A stretch of DNA of 64,000 bases from an uncultured Poribacteria bacterium (lineage in GTDB: Bacteria > Poribacteria > WGA-4E > WGA-3G). The notes beneath the pieces were generated by a model, which had not been told where the DNA came from, did no database searches, and saw only the letters and a list, made by a program, of their open reading frames with translations. Every line of letters begins with the position of its first letter. Positions within the stretch are counted from its first letter, which is position 1. The position numbers and the translations under genes are program-made. Shown here in pieces: positions 28,567 to 37,553 of this stretch. The stretch lies in assembly GCA_958296135.2 (NCBI GenBank), contig CATQHZ020000001.1:1888001-1952000 (forward strand), given 5' to 3'.

Positions 28567-29823
28567 CTAAGCCGAACTCGGCTGTGCCTGCGATTTCTGC
28601 CCGAGGCTTCGGCCAACGAACACATACGCTTGGACAAGCCCTATTGAGATAATCGCGATGCTGATGCCGGTGCTGAGCGGTGTATCCTCTGGAAAAATGA
28701 GTCCCCATATCCCCGTGCCTAAAATGTTAAAGAAGGCGATGGGGATGAAGTATTTCCAACACAGATTCATCAGCTGATCGACGCGGAGGCGCGGGAGCGT
28801 CCAGCGCAGCCACATCATGAGGAAGACTAAGCCCATCGTTTTCATGACAAAACCGGGGAGTCCACCGAGGATGTCAAACCCGCCGCCAAAAACGGCTAAC
28901 TCTGGCAAAATCCCTTCCCAGCCGCCGAGGAAGAGCGTCACGGCAATCGCGCTCACGGCGAACATATTGGCGTACTCGGCAATAAAGAAGAGCGCGAACC
29001 GCATGCCACTATATTCCGTGTGGAACCCCGCAACGATTTCCGACTCCGCCTCCGGCAAATCAAACGGCGTGCGATTTACCTCGGCGATAGACGAAATAAA
29101 GAAGATAAAAAACGCGAAAAACGTAAACGGTGTGCGGAAGATGAGCCAATCCGAGATGCCGCCAGACTGGTTTGCCACAATCGCTTCCATGCTTAGGCTC
29201 TCAACGAGCATCACGACGGTGAGGATAGAAAGCCCGAGCGGAATTTCATAACTCACAATCTGTGCCGCCGAACGCAGCGAACCTAACAAGGACCACTTGC
29301 TATTCGAGGACCAGCCCGCCATAATAACACCCATGACTATCACAGACGATATCGCCATGATATAGAAGATGCCGATGTTAAAATTGCTGACGAGGATGTT
29401 CTGTCCGAACGGAATCGCGGCGAACACTGCAAACGAGCACGCGAAAATGACGTAGGGCGCAAGCAGAAAGAGGAGTTTATCGCCTTGTGGGGGGATGTAA
29501 TCCTCTTTAAAGAGGAGCTTCACGCCATCTGCAAGCGTTTGCAACAGTCCCCACGGGCCGACACGCATCGGACCTGTGCGGTTCTGAAACCGGGCGGCGA
29601 CTTTCCGCTCGGCGAGCACCAGCACCAACGGTAGCAACGGCACCACCGCAGCGAAAAGGCCTGCACATCCAAGCATGACGAGCACCATACCGAATTCCAC
29701 AGGGAAATGCGCTGCTGCCTCTTCTGGTAAGCGCGGAATGATGACGTTCCGAACAAACTCTTCCGCCCAATTTCCACCGGCGGAGTCCTGAGCAAAGAAA
29801 CCTTGAGATAAAATGTCTGGCAT
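28567..29823 (-). CDS. nuoH: NADH-quinone oxidoreductase subunit H
   Basis: ERKVAARFQNRTGP, RTPFDLPEAESE, RWTLPRLRVDQ; ATG 29823 has an AGGAGG SD. Confidence 0.95.
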   Translation of the reverse strand: MPDILSQGFFAQDSAGGNWAEEFVRNVIIPRLPEEAAAHFPVEFGMVLVMLGCAGLFAAVVPLLPLVLVLAERKVAARFQNRTGPMRVGPWGLLQTLADGVKLLFKEDYIPPQGDKLLFLLAPYVIFACSFAVFAAIPFGQNILVSNFNIGIFYIMAISSVIVMGVIMAGWSSNSKWSLLGSLRSAAQIVSYEIPLGLSILTVVMLVESLSMEAIVANQSGGISDWLIFRTPFTFFAFFIFFISSIAEVNRTPFDLPEAESEIVAGFHTEYSGMRFALFFIAEYANMFAVSAIAVTLFLGGWEGILPELAVFGGGFDILGGLPGFVMKTMGLVFLMMWLRWTLPRLRVDQLMNLCWKYFIPIAFFNILGTGIWGLIFPEDTPLSTGISIAIISIGLVQAYVFVGRSLGQKSQAQPSSA

Positions 29824-29863
29824 CTGACCTCCTATAAACAAACAGTTTCGGAAGCATTCGCTT

Positions 29864-31129
29864 CTACCGATCGACCTCGCCCATCACAATGTCGATACTA
29901 CCGATGATAGCGATGATATCCGCAACCATGAGCCCGCGGCTCAACTCCTGCAGCGCGCTCAAGGCACTGAAGCAAGGCGAGCGTCCCTTGACACGAACCG
30001 GTTTCGGTGTGCCATCGCTGATGATATAGAAGCCAAGCTCGCCGCGCGGTGCCTCGCTGCGAAAGTAGATCTCGCCCTTTGGCGGCCGGACAGCTTTTAA
30101 ATCCGCCATCACGGGGCCAGCGGGGAGCCCTTCCGCCAGAATCTGCCGCACAATCCGCACCGATTCTTTCATCTCGTCCATCCGAATTTTGTAGCGGCTC
30201 CAGCAATCCCCGACGACTGCCCCCAACTCCGGGACATCTCTCGCGACAGGCACGTCGAAATCAAATCTATCGTAGATGGAATAAGGCTCGTCTCTCCGAA
30301 GATCCCAGTCTACCCCGGAGCCGCGAAGATTCGGGCCTGTGGCACCATAACTGAGTGCCATCTCAGCGGACATGATGGCTACCCCGGTCGTGCGTTCACT
30401 GAAGATGCTGTTTTTCGTGAGGAGTTCGTTGTATTCGTCGATGAGCGGCTCGAAATAGTCCAGAAAACTTTCGATTTCGTCCAAAAAATGCTGTTCCGCC
30501 ACCGAGCCGGGCTCTATCGGGATGATTTCCGATACGCCGCCGATGCGGATGTAGTTATAGGTGAGTCGCGCGCCGCACACCTTCTCAAACAGCAGGAGCA
30601 GCCGTTCCCTGTCGCGAAAGGCGTAGAGAAACGGTGTGAACGCGCCGAGGTCCATCCCGTAGGTGCCAAACGAGAGCAAGTGGCTTGCAATGCGATTCAG
30701 TTCGCAGATGAGCACCCGCAAGTATTCGGCACGAGCCGGCACGGCAAACTTCCGTTTTTCGTCCGCTTCCAACAACTTTTCAACGGCGAGGCAGAACCCC
30801 CAATTCTGGTTCATCGCCGCAACATAATCCATTCTGTCGGTGAACGGGATAATCTGCGGATAGGAGAGGTTCTCCGAGTGTTTCTCAAAACAGCGGTGGA
30901 GGTACCCGATGTGCGGAATAGCCTCGCGCACCACTTCGCCTTCAAGTTTGAGCTCCAGCCGTAAAACGCCGTGTGTGCTTGGGTGTTGGGGGCCCATGTT
31001 CACCACCATCTCGTCGGCGAACGGTTTGAGCTCAATGATTTTGCTTTCTGTGTCGGGACTAGCAGTCCCATCTACTGGTTGTGCGGTTTCCATAGTGTCG
31101 CGCTCGCGCCGCGAGATGCCTATAGACAT
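29864..31129 (-). CDS. nuoD: NADH-quinone oxidoreductase subunit D
   Basis: NMGPQHPSTHGVLR, GYLHR, EAPRGE, GEVDR terminus; exact start uncertain (31129 or 31093). Confidence 0.9.
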   Translation of the reverse strand: MSIGISRRERDTMETAQPVDGTASPDTESKIIELKPFADEMVVNMGPQHPSTHGVLRLELKLEGEVVREAIPHIGYLHRCFEKHSENLSYPQIIPFTDRMDYVAAMNQNWGFCLAVEKLLEADEKRKFAVPARAEYLRVLICELNRIASHLLSFGTYGMDLGAFTPFLYAFRDRERLLLLFEKVCGARLTYNYIRIGGVSEIIPIEPGSVAEQHFLDEIESFLDYFEPLIDEYNELLTKNSIFSERTTGVAIMSAEMALSYGATGPNLRGSGVDWDLRRDEPYSIYDRFDFDVPVARDVPELGAVVGDCWSRYKIRMDEMKESVRIVRQILAEGLPAGPVMADLKAVRPPKGEIYFRSEAPRGELGFYIISDGTPKPVRVKGRSPCFSALSALQELSRGLMVADIIAIIGSIDIVMGEVDR

Positions 31130-31223
31130 TGCAGTCCTAACGGACTGCTTCTGGCGGTGATGCTCATCGCTCCTCTGTGCCTTAAGTCTGTGATCGGTGC
31201 CTATCAATTTTTACTACGGTAAA

Positions 31224-31252
31224 ATTATACCATTTTTACGGTTAAATGTCAA
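31224..31252 (-). promoter_or_regulatory. Consensus sigma70 promoter of the nuoD-N operon
   Basis: TTGACA-17 nt-TATAAT with extended -10 TG. Confidence 0.8.
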
Positions 31253-31456
31253 ATTTTAATAACCGATTTTTCCGATTTGCCATATTCAACAAAAAGTGCA
31301 TCCGCGATTTCTGTAAGCGTTTCATCCGATGTTCGGGCTCGCCCAAGCCCGAACTACAGACAGGGAGAACTGAATTGTTATAAGAAAAACCATCGCGAGA
31401 TGCAGTGCGTGGGCGGAACGTTTGTATCCGCCCATAGAACCATCGCGCCCGACGCG

Positions 31457-31699
31457 CTACATTAACGCTTCTTCAACAACCTCGGGGAGCACGACTGTAC
31501 TCGGATCAACATCGATGGGGTATTCAGTGCCGTAAGCCGCCACGAGTTCATCAAAGGTGACGTTGTCAACGCGCACCAACTCATCGCCGGGGTGGACAAG
31601 CCACACGCCATAACACCCATCGCAACTGACAAGAGCTACGTCCACTTGTTCGATCGGGAACTGCGTCAGCGGGTTGTTGCAATCAGGACAAGGTAGCAT
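31457..31699 (-). CDS. Small zinc-ribbon protein (zf-TFIIB-like)
   Basis: CPDC...CDGCYGVWL; AAGGAGGA SD. Confidence 0.75.
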   Translation of the reverse strand: MLPCPDCNNPLTQFPIEQVDVALVSCDGCYGVWLVHPGDELVRVDNVTFDELVAAYGTEYPIDVDPSTVVLPEVVEEALM

Positions 31700-31732
31700 G
31701 TCACTCCTCCTTTGCGGGGAAATACCCCGCGG

Positions 31733-32920
31733 TTAGCCAGCGGCTGGCGCGAAGGTTTCAGGGTTCTCCGCCGCCGCATCGTAATCGTCAATAAGTTGCG
31801 TAATGCTCGGATTTTCGCCACAAATCGGGCAGTCTGCGTCGCGGTAAATTTTCACCTCACGATACGTCATACCGAGTGCTTCATAGAGAATCAACCGGCC
31901 GATGAGTGGTTCACCGATACCGATAATGTATTTAATCGCCTCGGTCGCCATCATGACACCAATTATGCCCGGGAGCACGCCCAGGACACCCGCCTCGCTT
32001 CAGCTTGGCACCATGCCGGGGGGCGGCGGTATCGGATACATGCACCGATAGCAGGGGCCCTCGTTCGGTTTAAAGAGAGAAACCTGCCCCTCAAATTGGA
32101 AGATGCTGCCATGGACGATGGGCTTATTCATCAATACGGCTGCATCGTTGACGAGGTAGCGCGTCGCGAAGTTATCGCAGCCATCAACAATCACGTCGTA
32201 TTCTGCGAAGATGTCCTCAACGTTCTCCGCGGTCAAACGGAGATTATACGGCGTGACATCAACGTCCGGGTTGAGCGACTTAATCGTAGTCGCGGCGGAT
32301 TGGACTTTCGGTGTGCCGACAGCCTCCGTGCGGTGGAGGATCTGGCGTTGCAGATTGCTCAACTCAACGACATCCGAATCGATGATGCCGAGGTGCCCGA
32401 TACCGGCAGCACCGAGGTAAACTCCCGCCGGTGAACCTAAACCGCCCGCGCCGACGAGCAACACTTTGGCATCAAGCAATTTGGATTGCCCCTTCTCGCC
32501 GACTTCCGTGAGCATAAAGTGCCGGCTATACCGGTCGAGTTGTTCGTTGCTCATCGACTTGTCTTGTGCGGTTGCGTAGCCGGCGGCAGCCCAGTCTCGG
32601 TAGCCGCCGGCCATGGAGACGGTATCCGTATATCCCATTTCGCGCAGCGATTTCGCGGCGAGGAGAGAACGGAGCCCCGCGGCGCAGTAGACAATAACCT
32701 TCTGCTCCCGGTCTGGGATGTAATTCTCAACAGAAAATTCAAGCATCCCGCGGGTGACATGAACAGCATCGGGGATATATCCGGCGCGATATTCGTCTTC
32801 ATCGCGGACATCCAGAAGCACGAAGTCACCGCCGTTCTCCTGATTCGCCTGCACCTCGTCCACGGTCACCTCGGGGATTTCTGTTTTTGCCGCCTCAACG
32901 ATTTGTCTGTAGGATTTCAT
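31733..32920 (-). CDS. moeB: Rhodanese-MoeB/ThiF adenylyltransferase with in-frame UGA (probable selenocysteine) at 32000-32002
   Basis: Rhodanese YCAAGLRS; RYSRH, GAGGLG, SNLQRQ, CYRC; ORFs 32000..32920 and 31733..31978 are in frame across VPS-TGA-SEAGVLG. Confidence 0.85.
31967..31987 (-). promoter_or_regulatory. Putative bacterial SECIS element
   Basis: GUCC-U(bulge)-GGG-CGUGCU-CCC-GGGC hairpin beginning 12 nt after the UGA. Confidence 0.6.
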
Positions 32921-33022
32921 AAAATTTCTCCAAGCGGGCAGATATGGAAATCTACCCGGACGATTTTCACTCTTGTAGGCACTTCTTCACAATTTTGGAC
33001 TGCTATCAAAACTCCTGAAGAC

Positions 33023-33051
33023 ATTATAACACAAATCCATGATATTGTCAA
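33023..33051 (-). promoter_or_regulatory. Consensus sigma70 promoter of moeB
   Basis: TTGACA-17 nt-TATAAT. Confidence 0.8.
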
Positions 33052-33095
33052 AAATTTTTAAGGTGCCGCATTAGGATGTCAAATTCAGAAATTTA

Positions 33096-33125
33096 TTGAC
33101 AATATCGTTGCGAATGTGTTAAACT
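33096..33125 (+). promoter_or_regulatory. Divergent sigma70 promoter of the PHP hydrolase operon
   Basis: TTGACA-18 nt-TAAACT. Confidence 0.6.
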
Positions 33126-33202
33126 TTTTAAGATGAGGAACCGTGCAAGTTATGCGAAAAAAACGCGGGTAGCCTCTAATAGAAAGAAATAAGGAGTACC
33201 CA

Positions 33203-34090
33203 ATGTTTAATATAAATCCTTTTCAGCAGCCGGGGCAGTGGTATCGCGGAAATACGCATACCCACAGCACCGAGTCCGATGGGAAGTTGCCAATCGCCGA
33301 GCGGTTCGCCGCGTATCGCGAGAGGGGCTACGACTTCCTCGTGTTGACAGACCATCGGAAAGTGAACGATGTGCGACGCTACAGCACTTCGGACTTTTTG
33401 GCGATATCAGGGAGCGAGGTGCATCCACAGAATCCGTATGGCGGCGCGACGTATCACATCGTCGCCATTAATATCCACGAGCCGGTGAATTGCGCAAAGA
33501 TGCACCCGAATGCTGTGCTTGACGACATTAAGGCACAAGGCGGCGAGGCAGTCCTCTGCCATCCCTATTGGTGTGGGCACACGATTTCAGATTTCCTGCC
33601 GTTGCGCGGCTATTTCGCCGTTGAAGTCTACAACGATACCTGCATGGGCATCGGCAAGGGGTTTGCGGAGCAGGCCTGGGATGACCTGCTGGACAGAGGC
33701 GGTCCGGTGTTCGGCATCGCCGCGGACGATGCACACGGGATAACCCACGACTGCTTCCACGGGTGGGTGATGGTGAAATCGCCGGATCTTACGCTTGAAA
33801 ATATCATGGCAGCACTGCGCACCGGGGCTTTCTATTCAACGCTCGGACCCGAAATCTCGGACATCAACATAAATCATGTCGATAAAGAGATAACCGTGAA
33901 ATGCTCATCCGCGCAATCAATTGTCTTCAAGGCGGAATGTCATAGCGGGCGGCGCGTCCTCGCACCGGAAGGGGAGGGCTTGACTGAAGCCGCGTATCAA
34001 GTCCCCGAGGCCGCGAAATACGTTCGCGTCGAAATAACGGATGAAACAGGGAAGAAGGCCTGGTCGAATCCGTTCTTTTTTAGTCTCTAA
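33203..34090 (+). CDS. PHP-fold metallohydrolase (CehA/McbA-like)
   Basis: GNTHTHSTESDG, LTDH, HPYW, DDAH, AWSNP. Confidence 0.85.
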   Translation: MFNINPFQQPGQWYRGNTHTHSTESDGKLPIAERFAAYRERGYDFLVLTDHRKVNDVRRYSTSDFLAISGSEVHPQNPYGGATYHIVAINIHEPVNCAKMHPNAVLDDIKAQGGEAVLCHPYWCGHTISDFLPLRGYFAVEVYNDTCMGIGKGFAEQAWDDLLDRGGPVFGIAADDAHGITHDCFHGWVMVKSPDLTLENIMAALRTGAFYSTLGPEISDININHVDKEITVKCSSAQSIVFKAECHSGRRVLAPEGEGLTEAAYQVPEAAKYVRVEITDETGKKAWSNPFFFSL

Positions 34091-34107
34091 CTTGCAGGTT
34101 ATCGCTG

Positions 34108-35148
34108 TTGAAACGGACGATACGGAAAATCCTCGTGTGTCAAACGGGCGGTTGGATAGGTGACATGGTGCTGCTCACCCCGGCGTTGCGCGCACTGAAA
34201 CAGGCATATCCCGCGTCACATCTCACCCTTTGGTTGCGTCCTCGCGTCGCCGATTTGATGGAAACGCATCCTTATGTTGACGCGTGCCTTGTGGATACGA
34301 AAGCAGCGGGGAGGCTCCGGTCGCTGGCGCGTTTAGTTCAGCAGCTCTGCGAAGGTAATTTTGACGTTGCGGTTGTGCTGCATCCTACCTCGTATCGGAA
34401 CGCGCTCATCCCTTTTCTCGCTCGCGTGCCGATACGTATCGGGACTAACGTCAGCGGGCGCGGCATCTTGCTCACCGCAGCTTGTCGCGATAACAAGGAT
34501 GTGCATGAGGTGCACCGTTACCTGCGCGTTCTACAACTACTTGGAAGTGACATCACCTCGTCGGACGATAGTTTAACGTTCTGGCACACTGACACGGATA
34601 GGCAGGCAGTCCAACAACTCCTGCACGACACGCACAAGCGGCTCATCGGCATCAATTTAGGCACAACATGGGAAACGAAGCGGTGGCGTGTGGAGAATTT
34701 CGCGGCGGTTATCCGGCAGATTGCGCAGATGCATCCGGATGTAAAAATCGTTTTAACAGGTTCTGCGGCTGAACGTAAAATCGCAGCGGTGTTGCACTGT
34801 CCAGGGACAACCTTGAATCTCGTTGGAAGAACGCCACTCTTGCAACTCGGCGCGCTCATCGAACGGTTCGCTGTCTATCTGACTTGCGATAGCGGCCCAA
34901 TGCACATCGCCGCTGCTGTTGGCACGCCGACTGTATCTCTCTTTGGGCCCACTGCACCGGCACGCCATGGGCCATACGGAAGTGGACATATCGTGCTTGA
35001 GAAACCGGTGTCGTGCCGGCCGTGTTACAAACGCGCCTGTCACCGAGAAGATGCGCCGCGCCTCTGCATGACAGACATTCGCGCCGCCGATGTAGGCACC
35101 GTGTTAACAAAATTTTTAGACAAGGCTCACGAGGAACGCTCTCGGTAG
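34108..35148 (+). CDS. waaF: Glycosyltransferase family 9, LPS heptosyltransferase II-like
   Basis: WIGDMVL, KRW, DSGPMHIAAAVG, FGPT. Confidence 0.8.
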   Translation: MKRTIRKILVCQTGGWIGDMVLLTPALRALKQAYPASHLTLWLRPRVADLMETHPYVDACLVDTKAAGRLRSLARLVQQLCEGNFDVAVVLHPTSYRNALIPFLARVPIRIGTNVSGRGILLTAACRDNKDVHEVHRYLRVLQLLGSDITSSDDSLTFWHTDTDRQAVQQLLHDTHKRLIGINLGTTWETKRWRVENFAAVIRQIAQMHPDVKIVLTGSAAERKIAAVLHCPGTTLNLVGRTPLLQLGALIERFAVYLTCDSGPMHIAAAVGTPTVSLFGPTAPARHGPYGSGHIVLEKPVSCRPCYKRACHREDAPRLCMTDIRAADVGTVLTKFLDKAHEERSR

Positions 35149-35171
35149 GCGCGGTTTCAAGCCGCGCCTAC
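35145..35171. repeat. GTAGGCGCG-family REP-like palindrome containing the waaF stop codon
   Basis: GTAGGCGCGGTTTCAAGCCGCGCCTAC. Confidence 0.85.
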
Positions 35172-35215
35172 CGGACCTGATGGATTCAAGCCTGTCCTAT
35201 AGCATAGGAGCATCA

Positions 35216-35968
35216 ATGAAAAACATCCGCGCACTGATTTTTGATTTCGGTGGAACTTTAGATGGAAACGGCATCCATTGGCTCGAACGAACGTATCAAT
35301 TCATACACAAACATCACCCCGAAATCACGCGGGAAACGTTCAACACGGCGGATAAAGCCGCCGTTGCAGCATTTGCCCTCGGCGACACCTCCGTTGTAGC
35401 CCCGCAGTATCAAAGCGGTTCCATGATCCCAGTCAATGGCATGGCTGCCGATGGTGCAGCAGCGCGTTGCACGCTGCGAGAAACCAGCGAAACGATTGCG
35501 GCTGGTATTTACCAACGCCTCGGACTGCGTGAGGACTTGAAAGATGCATACGTCGAAGGGTTCTGTCAAGATGTCGCGGAGAATCTTGAGGAAAATCGGC
35601 GGTGGCTGGAAACCCTGCACGGCACGTATCAATTGGGTGTCATCAGCAACAACTTCGGCAATACGCGCGGCTGGTGCGACGAATATGACCTCTCGCCGCT
35701 GCTAGACGTGATTGTCGATTCAACTGCCCTCGGCGTGGCGAAGCCAGACGCACGCATCTTTCAGCATGCACTATCGGAACTCGGCGTTTCGCCAAACGAG
35801 GCAGTGTATGTGGGCGATAGTTTCGTCCCCGATATGATGGGAGCTAAAGCCGTCGGTATGTGGACGGCATGGCTCATCGGGGACGAACCGAAGGCCTGTC
35901 CAGACCCGGCCATGGTGGACGTGCGGTTGCACCATCTCCACGAATTGGAAACGTTTCTGGACGCGTAA
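35216..35968 (+). CDS. HAD family hydrolase
   Basis: FDFGGTLD, ISNN, KPD, VGDS; AGGAG SD before ATG 35216. Confidence 0.85.
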   Translation: MKNIRALIFDFGGTLDGNGIHWLERTYQFIHKHHPEITRETFNTADKAAVAAFALGDTSVVAPQYQSGSMIPVNGMAADGAAARCTLRETSETIAAGIYQRLGLREDLKDAYVEGFCQDVAENLEENRRWLETLHGTYQLGVISNNFGNTRGWCDEYDLSPLLDVIVDSTALGVAKPDARIFQHALSELGVSPNEAVYVGDSFVPDMMGAKAVGMWTAWLIGDEPKACPDPAMVDVRLHHLHELETFLDA

Positions 35969-35973
35969 ATCGC

Positions 35974-36000
35974 GTAGGCGCGCTTTCAAAGTGCGCCTAC
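35974..36000. repeat. GTAGGCGCG-family REP-like palindrome between convergent genes
   Basis: GTAGGCGCGCTTTCAAAGTGCGCCTAC. Confidence 0.85.
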
Positions 36001-36008
36001 TGAAGAAA

Positions 36009-36602
36009 CTACATCTCTCGGTGCAGGCCGATAACCTTACCGAGGATCCGCACGTCATTCACCGGAACGACGCGCGGTTCGTGGTTAGGGTTCTCCGGGT
36101 GCAGGTGCACCCGCTCACCGTCGATGAAGAAGCGTTTGACGGTAGCCTCGTCTTCGATCAGCGCGACGACAATATCACCCGGGTCCGCGTCCGCCTGTCG
36201 TTTGACGATAACGAAATCGCCTTCAAGGATGCCGGCATCGATCATGCTAGAGCCGATGATGCGCAGCGCGAAGCACTCATGGTTATCCACCATCCGCAGC
36301 GGCACCGGCAACGAGCCCTCGATATTCTCGGAGGCGAGGAGCGGTGAGCCAGCGGCGACGCGCCCAACAATCGGCACCTCTTTAATCTGCCGGCCGGGGA
36401 TCGAAATCGCGCGCGGTTTGCCGGGAACCCGCTGGATATACTTCTTCTTCTCTAGCGCGCTGAGATGGTCATGCGCTGCTTTCTCGGAGAAGTTGAACTC
36501 CGAACCGATTTCCCGCACGGTCGGCGGGTAACCATCTCTATTGATGCAGGTCCGAATGTAGGCGAGAACCTGCCCTTGCCTGGTCGTCAAGCGTTTAGAC
36601 AT
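36009..36602 (-). CDS. lexA: SOS repressor LexA
   Basis: GYPPTVREI wHTH, VAAG cleavage site, SM serine and ATVKR lysine. Confidence 0.95.
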   Translation of the reverse strand: MSKRLTTRQGQVLAYIRTCINRDGYPPTVREIGSEFNFSEKAAHDHLSALEKKKYIQRVPGKPRAISIPGRQIKEVPIVGRVAAGSPLLASENIEGSLPVPLRMVDNHECFALRIIGSSMIDAGILEGDFVIVKRQADADPGDIVVALIEDEATVKRFFIDGERVHLHPENPNHEPRVVPVNDVRILGKVIGLHREM

Positions 36603-36891
36603 TGTGTGAATCTCCTTTTATACGTAAACTAGACTCTATCTCATAAATACCGGAAGACGCGCTCTCGCGACCGCGATTCCTTTTTATTTCACTGCATTTA
36701 TTATTATACTATACGAAACGAAAGTTAACAAAGCAAGAAAAATCGACCTAAGGGGCATTTGCAACCAAATCGCGTTTCTAACGTCTTATATTTTAGCGAA
36801 CAAGACTTCCACAGAACAAGTCCTGTAGACGCGGTTTCAAACCGCGCTTATCCGAAGATGCGTCAGTCCTATATTACTAAGGAAACAGATT

Positions 36892-37518
36892 ATGAAGACA
36901 TTCGTTCTGAGAATCAGCCTGATATGCGCGTTCATTGCTGTCACCGTGCTCTCTGTCTCTAGCAAAGACGAGCCGGAGCCCGTGCAACTTGATGCCATCG
37001 TCAAAGATTTTCGTCTTGAGGATGCAGCGGGTAAAATCCATTCTTTGCAACAGTTGAGCGAGGAGAAAACAGCCACCGTAGTGCTGTTCCTTGCGACGCA
37101 GTGCCCGATAGCCACCGATTACGCTGAACGCATCGTCGCTTTGTTTGACGCGTACGCCGAAAAGGATGTGCAATTTGTCGGCATCAATTCAAACAAGCAG
37201 GAACCTGTTGAAGAAATCGCCGAATACAGCGAAAAACACGGTTTTGACTTTCCGGTGCTGAAAGACTCGGGCAACAAAATCGCTGACTATTTCGCCGCGC
37301 GCAGGACCCCGGAGGTGTTTCTGCTGGATAAGGAACGCATCCTCCGCTATAGGGGCGCGATTGACGATAAGCGGGACGAACCGACGAAGCACTATCTGCA
37401 AACCGCGCTAGATTTGGTAATCGCGGGACAGGAGATTCCGGAAAAATCGAAAAAGACTCGGGCTGTTGGATGCACGATCAAACGGGTCCGGAAAACGGGT
37501 GTGGATAGAACGCCTTAA
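36892..37518 (+). CDS. Exported redoxin (AhpC/TSA thioredoxin-like) protein
   Basis: Signal peptide; TQCP, TPEVF, YRGAIDD, GCTIK. Confidence 0.85.
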   Translation: MKTFVLRISLICAFIAVTVLSVSSKDEPEPVQLDAIVKDFRLEDAAGKIHSLQQLSEEKTATVVLFLATQCPIATDYAERIVALFDAYAEKDVQFVGINSNKQEPVEEIAEYSEKHGFDFPVLKDSGNKIADYFAARRTPEVFLLDKERILRYRGAIDDKRDEPTKHYLQTALDLVIAGQEIPEKSKKTRAVGCTIKRVRKTGVDRTP

Positions 37519-37553
37519 CACTGAAACCGTCCACGCCACCGTAGGAGCATAAA

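Noticed and set aside
31733-31978. Separate 81-aa gene or moeB pseudogene
   Set aside because: It is the in-frame C-terminus of MoeB beyond a UGA at a conserved Cys position; recoding explains it better than a split gene
36714-36730. Possible LexA box (AAAC-GAAA-GTTA) upstream of lexA
   Set aside because: Two mismatches to GAAC-N4-GTTC, a single instance, and the SOS box of this lineage is unknown to me
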